A stretch of 64,000 nt of DNA from Alkalispirochaeta sp. (GCA_965601925.1 OZ271854.1:32001-96000), one strand, 5' to 3'; positions 1 to 10,500 are shown, counted from the stretch's first letter. A program made the numbers and translations. The notes: a model not told the origin generated them from the letters alone.

Positions 1-6
1 TTTTCA

Positions 7-35
7 TTGACAGATGGATAATCCGGGTTTACGGT
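7..35 (+). promoter_or_regulatory. sigma70-type promoter of the PTS operon
   Basis: TTGACA (7-12), 17-nt spacer, TACGGT (30-35), upstream of the ATG at 87. Confidence 0.6.
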
Positions 36-36
36 A

Positions 37-74
37 AATACACATTCGTGAAGAACAATTCACATATGTGAATT
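37..74. promoter_or_regulatory. Tandem palindromic operator, likely bound by the SorC-family regulator
   Basis: Perfect 18-bp palindrome AATTCACATATGTGAATT (57-74) plus a degenerate copy AATACACATTCGTGAAGA (37-54), just downstream of the -10. Confidence 0.65.
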
Positions 75-86
75 CATGGGGCGAAG

Positions 87-1061
87 ATGCGAATCGACCG
101 GCAGGACATGTTGGCTCAAATTGCAGTGTGGTACTACGAAGACGGTGTCGATCAGGCCGAGATAGGGCGGCGCATCGGAAAATCGCGTTCCATGGTATCG
201 CGAATGCTCAACGAGGTCCGGGAGCTAGGTCTCGTTGAGATTCGAATCAAGTATCCGCTCAAACGTGACACGCATCTGGAGACGGCGTTGACCGATCGAT
301 TCGGATTGGAGTCGGCGTGGGTACTCTCAAGCCCGCCGTCGTGGACTACCGATATGCGTCTGCGCATGCTCGGTCGCGCTGCGGCCGCATGTCTTCAGCG
401 CTATATCACCGACGGGGTCCGCATCGGTGTGGCGTGGTCACGAACGCTGCACCACGTGGTCGTGGAGGTCCCCGAGCAGCTGGTGCGCGACGCGATGGTG
501 GTGCAGATCTCCGGCTCCATCATGGACAATCCCGTCTTCGACGGACCGGAGCTCGTCCGTACGCTCGCTCACAAGTTGGATGCCGAATACCGCTACTTCC
601 CCGCACCACTGGTAGTACGGGAAGCGCGACTCAAAGAGAGCCTCATGGAGGAGGCGACGATCGCCGAGACGTTGCGAGTCGCCGAAAGTGTGGATGTCGC
701 GATCATAGGCGTCGGCAATATCGGCGCTCAGACATCCAGTCTGCGCGGCTCGCGTATCCTCGACGAGGAGGCGTTGCGGGAACTGATCTCCCATGAGGTA
801 GCCGGCGACATCATCGCGCGGCAATTCGACGGCGACGGCATACTCTTGCCGGTCGGCTTCAACGATCGAGTCGTGGGTATGGATCCGGACCAGCTCAAAC
901 GAGTGCCGACGGTAATCGCCGTATCGAGCGGCGCGGAAAAGGTGCGCTCGATTCTGGCGGCGATGCGCGGAGGATGGTTCGGCGTGCTCGTAAGCGACGC
1001 CGATACCGTCTCGGATGTTCTGAAATTGGCCGACGCGACGGTCGGTGGGGAGGCGAGATAA
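87..1061 (+). CDS. SorC/DeoR-family (LsrR-like) sugar-binding transcriptional regulator
   Basis: N-terminal HTH 'YYEDGVDQAEIGRRIGKSRSMVSRML' and C-terminal sugar-binding domain ('GVAWSRTL', 'AGDIIARQFD', 'EKVRSILAAMRGG'). Confidence 0.92.
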   Translation: MRIDRQDMLAQIAVWYYEDGVDQAEIGRRIGKSRSMVSRMLNEVRELGLVEIRIKYPLKRDTHLETALTDRFGLESAWVLSSPPSWTTDMRLRMLGRAAAACLQRYITDGVRIGVAWSRTLHHVVVEVPEQLVRDAMVVQISGSIMDNPVFDGPELVRTLAHKLDAEYRYFPAPLVVREARLKESLMEEATIAETLRVAESVDVAIIGVGNIGAQTSSLRGSRILDEEALRELISHEVAGDIIARQFDGDGILLPVGFNDRVVGMDPDQLKRVPTVIAVSSGAEKVRSILAAMRGGWFGVLVSDADTVSDVLKLADATVGGEAR

Positions 1062-1063
1062 AG

Positions 1064-1501
1064 ATGGCTCGTGGATTCGGACTGGTGTTTTTGTTGCTCG
1101 CCGCCGCGTGGCTGGCCCAGTTGGCGCTGTCGCTCCTGCAGACCCGGCGTTTTTATCGCCGCGTCGCCGAGCTTCGGCGGGGAAGTCACGCAAGCGCGGT
1201 CGGCGTCGCCGGGAACAACTGGCGTCGCAAACTGTACGCCGTACTCGTGGTCGACGAGCGCTATCGCATTACGGCGGCCGAGAAGCTTGCGGGATTTACC
1301 GTCTTCGCCGGCCTCAAACCGGTAGAGGCGTTGCGCGGTCTCGCACTCGAGAGAATCGAGGACGAGACGCCGGTGGCGGGGATCTCCAAGAAGCTGTGGA
1401 GCGCTTTCGGAAACGCGGCCGAGTACATAGGTCGCCACCGAAGCGAGAACGAGCCGGTCGTCGCACCGAGCGACGGAAAGGAGGAGCGTGGAGAGACGTA
1501 A
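1064..1501 (+). CDS. gutM: Glucitol operon activator GutM-family protein
   Basis: 'WLAQLALSLLQTRRFYRRVAEL' and 'GFTVFAGLKP' resemble GutM; sits before srlA; ATG at 1064 follows a GGAGG. Confidence 0.8.
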   Translation: MARGFGLVFLLLAAAWLAQLALSLLQTRRFYRRVAELRRGSHASAVGVAGNNWRRKLYAVLVVDERYRITAAEKLAGFTVFAGLKPVEALRGLALERIEDETPVAGISKKLWSAFGNAAEYIGRHRSENEPVVAPSDGKEERGET

Positions 1502-1566
1502 CACAGCGCACACCGATGACCCGTATCTGTCGTTGACAGAGGTTCAAAATGTGATGAGGAGGAAAC

Positions 1567-2097
1567 ATGCAAGGACTAGCTAATTTAGCGGAAGGATTTA
1601 TCGGTCTTTTTCAGCAAGGCGGCGCGACCTTCATGGGTCTCGTGACGGGAATCGTCCCGTTGCTGATCGTGCTCATGACGTTCGTGAACGCGATCATCGC
1701 GATGATCGGCCCGGAGCGCATCGACAGAGTCGGCGAATGGGCGGCGCGAGACGGACTGTTGTTTTATCCCATTCGGTACATCCTACTTCCGTTTCTCTCG
1801 GTCTTTTTTCTCACCAATCCGATGGCCTACACCATGGGGCGATTTCTGCCGGAGAAGTTCAAGCCGGCGTTCTACGACGCGGCGGTCTCCTATGTACATC
1901 CGCCGTTGGGAGTATTTCCCCACATAAATCCCGGTGAGATTTTCGTTTGGTCGGGTATCGCAGCCGGTATCACGACGCTGGGGCTGGGGCTTGGCGATCT
2001 TGCAGTGCGATATCTTTTGGTCGGTTTGGTGGTCATTTTCATCAGAGGCATCGTGACCGAGCGCATCACCGCCATCATGTGGAATCGGAACAAGTAA
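1567..2097 (+). CDS. srlA: PTS glucitol/sorbitol-family IIC component
   Basis: '[12 protein letters not shown]', '[17 protein letters not shown]', '[16 protein letters not shown]'; RBS GAGGAGG. Confidence 0.92.
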   Translation: MQGLANLAEGFIGLFQQGGATFMGLVTGIVPLLIVLMTFVNAIIAMIGPERIDRVGEWAARDGLLFYPIRYILLPFLSVFFLTNPMAYTMGRFLPEKFKPAFYDAAVSYVHPPLGVFPHINPGEIFVWSGIAAGITTLGLGLGDLAVRYLLVGLVVIFIRGIVTERITAIMWNRNK

Positions 2098-2108
2098 GGA
2101 GGCCGTCA

Positions 2109-2642
2109 ATGACTAAATTCCTGGAAAAAATAGGCCGCGCCGTCGGCGTCGTAGTCGCAGCGTTGTATCAGTCGGGTCGCGATGCGATCGATCAAGTGAT
2201 CAAGAACATCCTTCCCTTTATGGCCTTCATCTCGCTGATCATCGGTATCATTCTGGCCACCAACGTCGGTAACTTGATCGCCCAAGGACTCACCGGGCTC
2301 GCCGATAACATCGTAGGCCTGCTGATACTGTCGGTCATCGTCGGATTCCCCGTGCTCTCACCGCTGCTCGGCCCCGGTGCGGTCATTGCGCAAATCATCG
2401 GAACGTTGATCGGCGTCGAGATCGGGCGCGGCAACATTCCGCCGCAGTACTCGCTTCCCGCCCTCTTCGCGATCAATCCACAGGTCGGATGTGACTTCAT
2501 CCCCGTCGGTCTCTCGTTGGGAGAAGCGGAACCTGAGACCGTCGAGATCGGCGTCCCGGCGATTCTCTTTTCACGCATGATCACGGGCCCGATCGCGGTC
2601 GTCCTCGCGTGGTTGGCAAGCGCCGGACTCTACACCGAATAA
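2109..2642 (+). CDS. srlE: PTS glucitol/sorbitol-family membrane domain (SrlE C-terminal part) encoded as a separate gene
   Basis: 'ILPFMAFIS', '[16 protein letters not shown]', '[20 protein letters not shown]', 'ETVEIGVPA'; AAGGAGG before the ATG at 2109. Confidence 0.88.
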   Translation: MTKFLEKIGRAVGVVVAALYQSGRDAIDQVIKNILPFMAFISLIIGIILATNVGNLIAQGLTGLADNIVGLLILSVIVGFPVLSPLLGPGAVIAQIIGTLIGVEIGRGNIPPQYSLPALFAINPQVGCDFIPVGLSLGEAEPETVEIGVPAILFSRMITGPIAVVLAWLASAGLYTE

Positions 2643-2656
2643 CAGGAGACGCCCCT

Positions 2657-3160
2657 ATGTCGTTCTGGGACAAAGTGAAAAAAACGCTGGTGGGAGAGGC
2701 GCCCAAGCCCGAAGAGAAGCCGGCGGCGAAGACGAAACAGGAAGGTGTCGCGGAACCGAAACCGGCGGCCGAGAGCTCAGCACCTTCGAGCGGTGCGTAC
2801 AACGCGTGCACCATTAACCGCGGAGTGCGCGGATGGGGTGGACCGCTCACGATCCGCCCGACGGACGAACGCAACCTGATTTACTCGGTAACCGGGGGCG
2901 GCATCCACCCGGTCGCCCAAAAGATCGCCGACCTTACCGGAGGCCAACCCTTCGACGGCTTCAAGTCCAAGGCGGACTTCGAGAAGATCGCCGTTGCGGT
3001 CATCGACTGCGGCGGCACCGCTCGCGTCGGCGTCTACCCAATGAAGGGTATCCCGACGGTAGATGTCCACGCCGCCTCTCCGTCGGGCCCGCTGGCGAAG
3101 TACATCAACGAGACCAACTTCGTATCGGGCGTCAAAGTGGAGAACATAGACGGGGCGTAG
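2657..3160 (+). CDS. srlE: PTS glucitol/sorbitol-family IIB domain (SrlE N-terminal part) as a separate gene with a Lys/Pro/Ala-rich N-terminal linker
   Basis: 'GWGGPLTI', 'VTGGG', 'DGFK', phosphorylation-site motif 'VIDCGGT', 'SGPLAKYINE..FVSGV'; RBS AGGAG. Confidence 0.88.
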   Translation: MSFWDKVKKTLVGEAPKPEEKPAAKTKQEGVAEPKPAAESSAPSSGAYNACTINRGVRGWGGPLTIRPTDERNLIYSVTGGGIHPVAQKIADLTGGQPFDGFKSKADFEKIAVAVIDCGGTARVGVYPMKGIPTVDVHAASPSGPLAKYINETNFVSGVKVENIDGA

Positions 3161-3168
3161 GCATACAC

Positions 3169-3194
3169 GGGCGGCGGACTCGAACCGCCGTCCC
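3169..3194 (+). other. Intercistronic GC-rich hairpin
   Basis: GGGCGGCGG-actcgaa-CCGCCGTCCC with no U-tract; probably an mRNA stabiliser or attenuator. Confidence 0.4.
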
Positions 3195-3232
3195 GACGCA
3201 TGAGCCTCGACGGTCCTAAACCGGGGTACACA

Positions 3233-3604
3233 ATGAGTACACAAAAGTATAGCGCGCAGGTAACCGCGGTAGGCGAGTACGCCGCGGAGTTCATAGCCGA
3301 AGGAGTGCTCGTGTTCTTTTCCGAGACCGCTCCGGAAGAGCTGCAAGAACACGCGATCGTCCACGATCGAACCGAGCCGCAGACCGCCGACGTACGACCT
3401 ACCGATGTCGTTCGTATCGGACAGTCGCGCTTTCCGATACTCGCGGTCGGATCGGTCGCGAATGAAAACCTACGCAACCTCGGCCACCTCGTTCTCAAAT
3501 TCAACGGGTCGGACGAGGCGGAGATGCAGGGCGACGTAAATGTGCCGCACGAGGCGATACCGAATATCGTCCCCGGCACGGAAATCGAGATCACCGGAGA
3601 TTGA
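3233..3604 (+). CDS. srlB: PTS glucitol/sorbitol-family IIA component
   Basis: 'APEELQEHAIVH', 'VGSVANENLRNLGHLVLKFNG'. Confidence 0.9.
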   Translation: MSTQKYSAQVTAVGEYAAEFIAEGVLVFFSETAPEELQEHAIVHDRTEPQTADVRPTDVVRIGQSRFPILAVGSVANENLRNLGHLVLKFNGSDEAEMQGDVNVPHEAIPNIVPGTEIEITGD

Positions 3605-3610
3605 ACATAG

Positions 3611-4909
3611 ATGGAGCTCTACAATTCCCTCGTTGAATATCAAAGAAGCGGCAAACTCATCCGAGTCGGCCTGGTAGGCGCCGGCCAAATGGGCGAGGGG
3701 CTCGCAAGTCAAATGGAGATGATGCACGGTATGCGCGCATTCGCAATCGCCGATGTCGTTGCGGGTCGCGCCGCCGAGGTGCTCCGTACCGCACACGTAC
3801 CGCACAAAGATATCGTCGAAACCACCGATCCGGCCGTCGCCTCGCAAGCGATCGCCGACGGGAAGCGCGTCGCGACCACAAAAGCTGAAATACTGGCACG
3901 AATCGAAGGTCTGGACGTCGTCGTCGAGGCGACGGGTATCCCGGAAGTCGGAGCCCAGGTCGCTCTCGACGCAATCCTTAACCGAAAGCACGTACTGCAA
4001 ATGAATGTGGAGACCGACGCGACCGTCGGTTACCTCCTGCGCACGATGGCGAAGAGCGCGGGGGTCGTATATACCCTCACCGCAGGAGACGAACCCGGTG
4101 CGACGATGGAACTCTTCGACTTCGCGAAGACCCTCGGGTTTACGGTAGTGGCGGCGGGAAAGGGAAAAAACAATCCCCTCGATCGCGGAGCTAACCCCGA
4201 TACCGTCGCCGAACGCGCCAAGAGCCAGATGATGAACCCCAAAATGCTCGCCTCCTTCGTCGACGGCACCAAAACGATGGTAGAGATGACGTCGTTCGGA
4301 AACGCCGTGGGATTCGTTCCCGACGTGCGGGGAATGCACGGGCCCGAGGTGACGGCCAAGACGCTCTCTTCGGTATTTGCGCCTACCTCTGACGGCGGCA
4401 TCTTGGGTAACACCGGAGTAGTAGAATACGGTCGCGGCGTCGCGCCGGGCGTATTCGTAGTATTTACCACCGACCACCCCAAGATCGTGCGCGACCTGGG
4501 GTATCTGGGAATGGGCGACGGCCCGTACTGGGCGCTCTATCGTCCGTATCACTTGACCAGTCTGGAGACACCGATCTCCATCGCCCGCGCCGTCCTCAAG
4601 GGCGAGACGACGATCGCGACCGACAAACCTCCGGTCGTCGAGACGGTGGCATATGCAAAGCGCGATCTGAAAGCCGGAGAGGTGATCGACAGCTTGGGCG
4701 GATACACCGCCTACGGCATGGCGGAGCGCGCATCAATCGCGACCGAGGAGAACTTACTTCCCTTGGGCCTCGCGCCTGGGTCGACGATGGTTCGCGACGT
4801 AAGAGCGGGTGAGCCGATCACCTATAGCGATGTCACGGTGAAGACCGACACGACGATCTTCTATCTCAGAAACCTCCAGGACCAACTGGTGCGGAGGAAT
4901 GCACCATGA
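3611..4909 (+). CDS. Homoserine-dehydrogenase-like NAD(P)-dependent oxidoreductase with a C-terminal SAF domain (COG4091-like)
   Basis: Rossmann 'GLVGAGQMG', 'NVETDATVG', 'GDEPG', 'AAGKGKNN', 'SFVDGTK', 'YRPYHL'; SAF 'AKRDLKAGEVID..GG'. Confidence 0.85.
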   Translation: MELYNSLVEYQRSGKLIRVGLVGAGQMGEGLASQMEMMHGMRAFAIADVVAGRAAEVLRTAHVPHKDIVETTDPAVASQAIADGKRVATTKAEILARIEGLDVVVEATGIPEVGAQVALDAILNRKHVLQMNVETDATVGYLLRTMAKSAGVVYTLTAGDEPGATMELFDFAKTLGFTVVAAGKGKNNPLDRGANPDTVAERAKSQMMNPKMLASFVDGTKTMVEMTSFGNAVGFVPDVRGMHGPEVTAKTLSSVFAPTSDGGILGNTGVVEYGRGVAPGVFVVFTTDHPKIVRDLGYLGMGDGPYWALYRPYHLTSLETPISIARAVLKGETTIATDKPPVVETVAYAKRDLKAGEVIDSLGGYTAYGMAERASIATEENLLPLGLAPGSTMVRDVRAGEPITYSDVTVKTDTTIFYLRNLQDQLVRRNAP

Positions 4910-5184
4910 AACGCGCCACGGCCGCCGTACAACACGCCGTCGGGCTCCATGCGCGCCCGGCCGCACGCTTCGTGAAACGCGCGAAGGGGTACGAATCGAC
5001 CATCACGATACGCAACCTTACCCGCGACGGCGAGACGGTCGACGCAAAGAGCCTTGTCAAGGTGATAAAAATCGCCGCGGCCCAACACCAAGAGGTCGAG
5101 ATCGTCGTCGAGGGGCCGGACGAGGACGAGGCGCTTGCCGGACTTCTGGACTTCTTGGGCGACGTAGCCGAGGATGAGCAGTGA
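4906..5184 (+). CDS. ptsH: Phosphocarrier protein HPr
   Basis: 'GLHARPAA' (His15) and 'DAKS' (Ser46); ATGA overlap with the upstream gene. Confidence 0.95.
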   Translation: MKRATAAVQHAVGLHARPAARFVKRAKGYESTITIRNLTRDGETVDAKSLVKVIKIAAAQHQEVEIVVEGPDEDEALAGLLDFLGDVAEDEQ

Positions 5185-6887
5185 AGACCGTCGCCGGACA
5201 CGCCGCGAGCGCGGGTATTGCGATCGGACCGCTGTTCGTGTACCGCGCGCCGACGATACCCACGGATCGTCGCGCGGTAGACGACGTCACGGCGGAGCTT
5301 GCGCGTTACGACGACGTGCGCGAGCGGGTAGCGCAGGAACTCCAAGCACTGGCCGCCACCCTCACCGAACGGGACAAAGACGACGAGGCCGCGATCTTCG
5401 AAATCCAGATGGAGTTCCTGGAGGATCCGACCTTCGGCGAAGAGATTCGATCGCGGATCGCCGATGAAAGCATATGCGGCGAGAGTGCCACGCGGTTCGT
5501 TACCGACGAGTTGGTAGCGGAGTTCTCCGAGATAGACGACGCGTACTTTGCCGGCCGCGCAATCGACATCCGCGATCTGGGCGAGCGTATGATCAAGCGG
5601 CTCTCAGGAATAGAGACCGATCCGTTTGACGACGTTAACGAGCCGTCAATCATCGTGGCGCACGATCTGACGCCTTCGGATACGGTATCGATGGATCGCA
5701 CGAAGGTGCTTGCCCTGTGTACCGAAATCGGCAGCGCCACGTCGCACACGGCGATCATCGCGCGTAGCCTCGGCATCCCGGCGATCGTGGGGCTCGGCGC
5801 GCTCACCGTCGATGCGCGCGAGACGGCGATCGTAGACGCCATAGAGGGCAGGCTCATCGTCGAGCCCGATATGGAGACCGTCTCGATCTATCGTGCGCGC
5901 AAGGACGATTTCGATAGTCGGCGCGCCGGTCTATTACAACGGGCACACGAGCCGGCGAGAACGTCGGACGGCGTACCGGTAGAGGTGGTTGCAAACATCG
6001 GCGGAGTAGAGGACGCACGCCAAGCCGTAGAGTACGGTGCCGAAGGCGTGGGGCTGCTCCGGACGGAGTTTCTCTTTCTCGACCGTGCAACGCTCCCCGA
6101 CGAGGAGGAGCAGTATCGAGTCTACCGAGAGATCGTCGATCTGTTCGGAACGCGCCCGGTCGTCGTACGCACCCTCGACGTGGGCGGAGACAAGCCGTTG
6201 CGGTCGGTTTCCACGCCTGCGGAGAGTAACCCCTTTCTGGGGCAACGGGCCATTCGTCTCGCCCTCGCCGATCCGGAGCGTCTGTTGTTACCGCAACTGC
6301 GCGCGCTCTTAAGGGCGTCACCGGATCGCACCGTGAAGATCATGTTTCCGATGGTTGCGACCGCCGCCGAGGTCAAGCAGTTGCAAGCGGCCCTCGCCGG
6401 CGTGCGTGTGGAACTCAATCGGCGCGGCGTACCCTACGCCCGAGACGTCCAAACCGGCATTATGGTGGAGATTCCGGCCGCAGCCGTGGCGTCGCGCCGT
6501 CTCGCCCGGTTGGTCGACTTTTTCTCCATCGGGACCAACGACCTGACGCAATACCTCCTCGCCGCAGACCGCACCAATGAGCGGGTAGCGACGTTAGCCG
6601 ATAGTTTCGAGCCGGCGGTGCTTGAAGTAATACGCATGATCATCGATGCGGCCCACGGGGAGGGCAAACGAGTCGGTATGTGCGGCGAGATGGCCGGCGA
6701 TCCGCTGGCGATTCCGCTTCTTTTGGGAATGGGCCTGGACGAGTTCTCCATGTCGCCCACGGCGATTCCCGATGCCAAGGATCGCCTCCGAAACCTCTCC
6801 AGAGAGGCACTACGCGGCGTAGTCGCGCAATGTCTGGAGGCCGAATCCGCCGCCGAGGTTCGCTCCGTGTTGGCTCGTGTGAGTTAA
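5181..6887 (+). CDS. ptsI: Phosphoenolpyruvate-protein phosphotransferase (PTS enzyme I)
   Basis: 'TSHTAIIARSLGIP', 'GVGLLRTEFLF', 'RTLDVGGDK', 'FSIGTNDLTQY', 'GMCGEMAG'; GTGA overlap. Confidence 0.96.
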   Translation: MKTVAGHAASAGIAIGPLFVYRAPTIPTDRRAVDDVTAELARYDDVRERVAQELQALAATLTERDKDDEAAIFEIQMEFLEDPTFGEEIRSRIADESICGESATRFVTDELVAEFSEIDDAYFAGRAIDIRDLGERMIKRLSGIETDPFDDVNEPSIIVAHDLTPSDTVSMDRTKVLALCTEIGSATSHTAIIARSLGIPAIVGLGALTVDARETAIVDAIEGRLIVEPDMETVSIYRARKDDFDSRRAGLLQRAHEPARTSDGVPVEVVANIGGVEDARQAVEYGAEGVGLLRTEFLFLDRATLPDEEEQYRVYREIVDLFGTRPVVVRTLDVGGDKPLRSVSTPAESNPFLGQRAIRLALADPERLLLPQLRALLRASPDRTVKIMFPMVATAAEVKQLQAALAGVRVELNRRGVPYARDVQTGIMVEIPAAAVASRRLARLVDFFSIGTNDLTQYLLAADRTNERVATLADSFEPAVLEVIRMIIDAAHGEGKRVGMCGEMAGDPLAIPLLLGMGLDEFSMSPTAIPDAKDRLRNLSREALRGVVAQCLEAESAAEVRSVLARVS

Positions 6888-6918
6888 TCGTTAGACTCCG
6901 ACAAAATGAACGAAAAAC

Positions 6919-6947
6919 TGGACGCGGCGAACATACTCCGCTATGCT
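6919..6947 (+). promoter_or_regulatory. Probable leaderless promoter of the YjfB-like gene
   Basis: TGGACG-17-TATGCT, then 7 nt to the ATG at 6955; no SD sequence. Confidence 0.5.
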
Positions 6948-6954
6948 TTAGAGC

Positions 6955-7191
6955 ATGATTGATGCGATGACAACGGCTTATGTGTCGATGAATCAAGCTC
7001 AAGCTCAGCAGGACGCCGGCATGGCGGTACTCAGAAGCAGCGTAGATCTTGCCGCAACCCAGGGCTCGCAGATGACCGATCTCATCACGAGCGCCGGCGC
7101 GGCAACCTCTGCGGCGACGGACACGCAAGTTCAACAGGGCCTTGCGTTGACCGATCCGGCCCTCGGCCAACGGATCGATCTCACCGTATAA
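6955..7191 (+). CDS. YjfB-family (putative motility) small protein
   Basis: 'QQDAGMAVLRSSVD' and C-terminal 'PALGQRIDLTV' fit the YjfB pattern; followed by a terminator. Confidence 0.75.
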   Translation: MIDAMTTAYVSMNQAQAQQDAGMAVLRSSVDLAATQGSQMTDLITSAGAATSAATDTQVQQGLALTDPALGQRIDLTV

Positions 7192-7197
7192 GATCTC

Positions 7198-7229
7198 GAG
7201 AGGGGCGGCGTACCGCCCCTCTCTTGTTT
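7198..7229 (+). terminator. Rho-independent terminator
   Basis: GAGAGGGGCGG-cgta-CCGCCCCTCTC followed by TTGTTT. Confidence 0.75.
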
Positions 7230-7283
7230 CGCCTCCACACTCTCTGTCTTGTTTTCGTTGCTACACGATACACGGTCGGCATA

Positions 7284-7473
7284 GAACCATTTACGACGTC
7301 GGAAATACCATACCATCGCAATCACGACGGCAGCCATGACGACTGGAACCGCCGGATACCCCCATCGCCGTCCCACGCCCGGCATATGGGATGAAAATCG
7401 CGGCAATGATGGTCGGCACCTTCATGACGCCGCTCGTTGCTTCACTTGAGACCGTCGAATAGAGGGGAACGAG
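7284..7473 (-). pseudogene. corA: Remnant of the 3' end of a CorA Mg2+/Co2+ transporter, frameshifted and internally deleted
   Basis: One frame reads LVPLYSTVSSEATSGVMKVPTIIAAIFIP, the next reads HMPGVGRRWGYPAVPVVMAAVVIAMVWYFRRRKWF; both match the CorA TM1/TM2 consensus, but the GMN segment is missing. Confidence 0.7.
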
Positions 7474-7572
7474 TGTCGTCGCCCGCGGCGGCGTTGCGAA
7501 GGGAGTGCGCGAAGGAGGTCATAGCCCGTCGAAAGACGATAATCGTCGCAAGAAGCTCCCGGCGTCGGAGAC

Positions 7573-10500
7573 TCATGCTCCGATACATACGTTGTACTCC
7601 AAGCGATTTCTTCCGTTCCGTTTGGCGGTGTAGAGTGCCTCATCGGCCGATTGCACGAGATTCGACGCGGTAACGCCCGCCTGTGGTACGGCAACGGATA
7701 CGCCGAGACTGACCGTCACGGGTCGCAGACCCTCTCCGGTATCGGTCTCTTCCACGGCGCGACGGATTCGCTCGCCGATGTGACGGGCGCCGTCCTGATC
7801 GGTCTCGTACAGCAGTACGGCAAACTCCTCGCCGCCGTATCGCGCCAAGAAGTCGGTGGTGCGGGACAGCTGCGACTCCATGACCGCGCTTACCGCAGAG
7901 AGAGCTCGATCGCCGGCCACGTGCCCGTAGATGTCGTTAAACTGCTTGAAGCGGTCGACATCGATCATGATCAACGCAATCGAGCAGTGGGAGCGTCGCG
8001 CCCGCGACCACTCCTCCGCCAGGTGCGCGTCGAAGTAGCGTCGGTTAAAGACGCCGGTCAGCGGGTCGCGCACGCTCAGACGCTCCAACTCCTTGTTTGC
8101 CACCGCGAGCTGTGAAACCGCGTGCTTGAGTGCTTGGTTCTTCTCCGATAGGACGCGCGCCTCTCGGATACGCCACGCGCCGCGAAAGACCAACACGCCG
8201 ACCAGACCGTAGATCGTCAGAGCCCACCAGTGGAGGTACCACGGTCTGAGCACGGTAAGATCCAACAACACCGGCGTCTCGCTCCACGATCCGGCGGCGT
8301 TTGCCGCTTGTACCTGCAGCTGATAGTGTCCCGCCGGAAGGTTGGTATAGGTCGCAAAGTTGCGCGTGCCGCTGTAAATCCACTCTCTATCGAAACCGAC
8401 CAGCCGGTAGGCATAGGTATTACTCTCCGGCGACTCGTAGTCGAGTGCGACAAACTCAAAGCTGACGAAACTGTCGTCGGGTCCCAACCGTAGACTCGCA
8501 CCGTTAAACGAAATGAGCTCCGAGTCGATCGACTCCTGAAAGACGCGTACGTCGGTGATCTGTACGCGCGGAGGATGCGGGTTCTGGGTGGTGACCGACG
8601 AGTCGATCTGCGTAATCCCGTGTCCCCCACCGAACAGGAGTGTCCCGTCGGGGTCGCGAAAGTGGCCCGTGTGAAACTCGCTCCCGAATAGGCCGTCACG
8701 TTCGTCCAATACATCGATGTGATCGGTCGCCGGGTCGTACATCGACAGGCCGCGCTGCGTCGACGCCCACACCCTACCGTCGTACCCCTCCAGAATGGCC
8801 AGTATCGTATTGTTCGAGAGCCCGTCCTCCTCGGTCAGGTGTTCGAAAATGCGGCTGCGCCGATCAAGTCGGCTGAGCCCTCCGCTGGTAGTTCCGATCC
8901 AAAACCAGCCGCGCGAGTCCTCGTAGAGCACGCGCACCGAGTTACTGCTCAAGCCCCGGGGGTTACGCGGATCGTAACGATACGCCTCGAAGTCGTCCGA
9001 CTCCTCCCGATATCGATTGAGTCCGTCGTTGGTTGCGATCCAGATATCACCGGCACCGTCGGCGAGGATGTCGTAGATGAGGTCGTCGGTGAGCGTCCCG
9101 GGGGTCGACGCGTCGTGTCGGTAGACGCGTGTCTCGCCGGTAACCGGGTCGAATCGACGCACACCTTGCCGATAGGTGCCGATCCAGAACCGCCCGCGGC
9201 GATCCTGCTCGAGGGCGTAGATAATCTCGTCGTCGTAGACGGCCGCCTCATGGACGTCGCGCCCCCACGCATGAAAGCGGTCGCTTCCTGCGTCGTACCG
9301 TTGCAGCCCCTCATTTGTGCCGACCCACAGGTACCCGTCGCGATCCTCGAACAGGGTCGTTACGATGTCGTCGGCGAGGGAATAACGGTCCGTCGCATCG
9401 TGGCGATACCTATACCACACTGCGCCGTCATCGTCGTAGCGGGCCAACCCTCCGCTGTACAGGCCGGCCCACAGCGTGCCGTCACGGGTGCGAATCAACG
9501 CGTTAATCTTACCGGCCGGCAGACTCCCGGGACGTTCGGGGTCGTGAAAGTGGGTGCGATAGTTCCGCTGTCGCGGACTGAGGTAGTGTAGCCCTCCTCC
9601 GTTCGTTCCGACCCATATGAGCCCGGTGGCGTCCTGAAAGAGGGCGTAGATGACCGAGGAGGCCAAACTATCGGCGGATTGCAGCGTGAACTCGTAGACC
9701 TCGCCGTCGGAAGTCACCGCAAAAAGACCGCCTCCCCAGCTGCCGGCCCACAAGGACCCGTCATCGGCGGCCAACACCGTGTAGATCGTGTTGGCGCTGA
9801 ACTGCCGGACCTCCCTGACGCCCCGGTCTACCGAATACACGGCGATCCCTCCCGGATAGGGAGGCGTGCCCCACGTGCCGATGAGGATCGTTCCCGGCTC
9901 GATCTCGTCGAGGGCCATCACGAACGGAGAGGGTAGCTCAATATCCACATCCACAACGCGCTCGGACTCACCGTCCCAGCGGGCGAGCCCGTCGTAGGTG
10001 GCGATCCACAGTACTCCGTCGGAGTCCAAAAGGAGATCGCGAATCACCTCGCTCGATGTGGGAATGCGCTCGAACGCCCCCCCGTCCGTCATGCGATTGA
10101 GTCCGTCCTGCGTACCGACCCACAGCCGTCCTTCGGGTCCGCGGCTGATCGAGAGCACGACGGCGTTGCTGAGGCTCGTGGGATCTTCGTAGTCGTGGCG
10201 ATACGTCTCAAATCCGAGTCGGCCCGCGGTGAAGCGCGCGAGCCCGTCGTAGGTACCGACCCAGATCGAGTCGGTCTCCTCGTCATAGTAGATCGTCTGC
10301 ACCAGATCGTGCGGCAGCGAGTCGAGATTGAAGGGTTGATTTCGGTGAGTTCGAAACCGTCGACCGTCGTAGCGGGAGAGCCCTCCTTGGGTGCCCAGCC
10401 ACAAAAAGCCCCGCCGATCCTGTTGGATCGAGGAGACCGAGCTGCTAGGCAACCCGCTTTGACGCGTGATAAGGTTAAACTTGGGGCGTTGGCCGTCGGC

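Noticed and set aside
8600..10450. Repetitive sequence within the DGC gene as a possible array
   Set aside because: Degenerate protein-level beta-propeller repeats, not identical DNA repeats with spacers; not CRISPR
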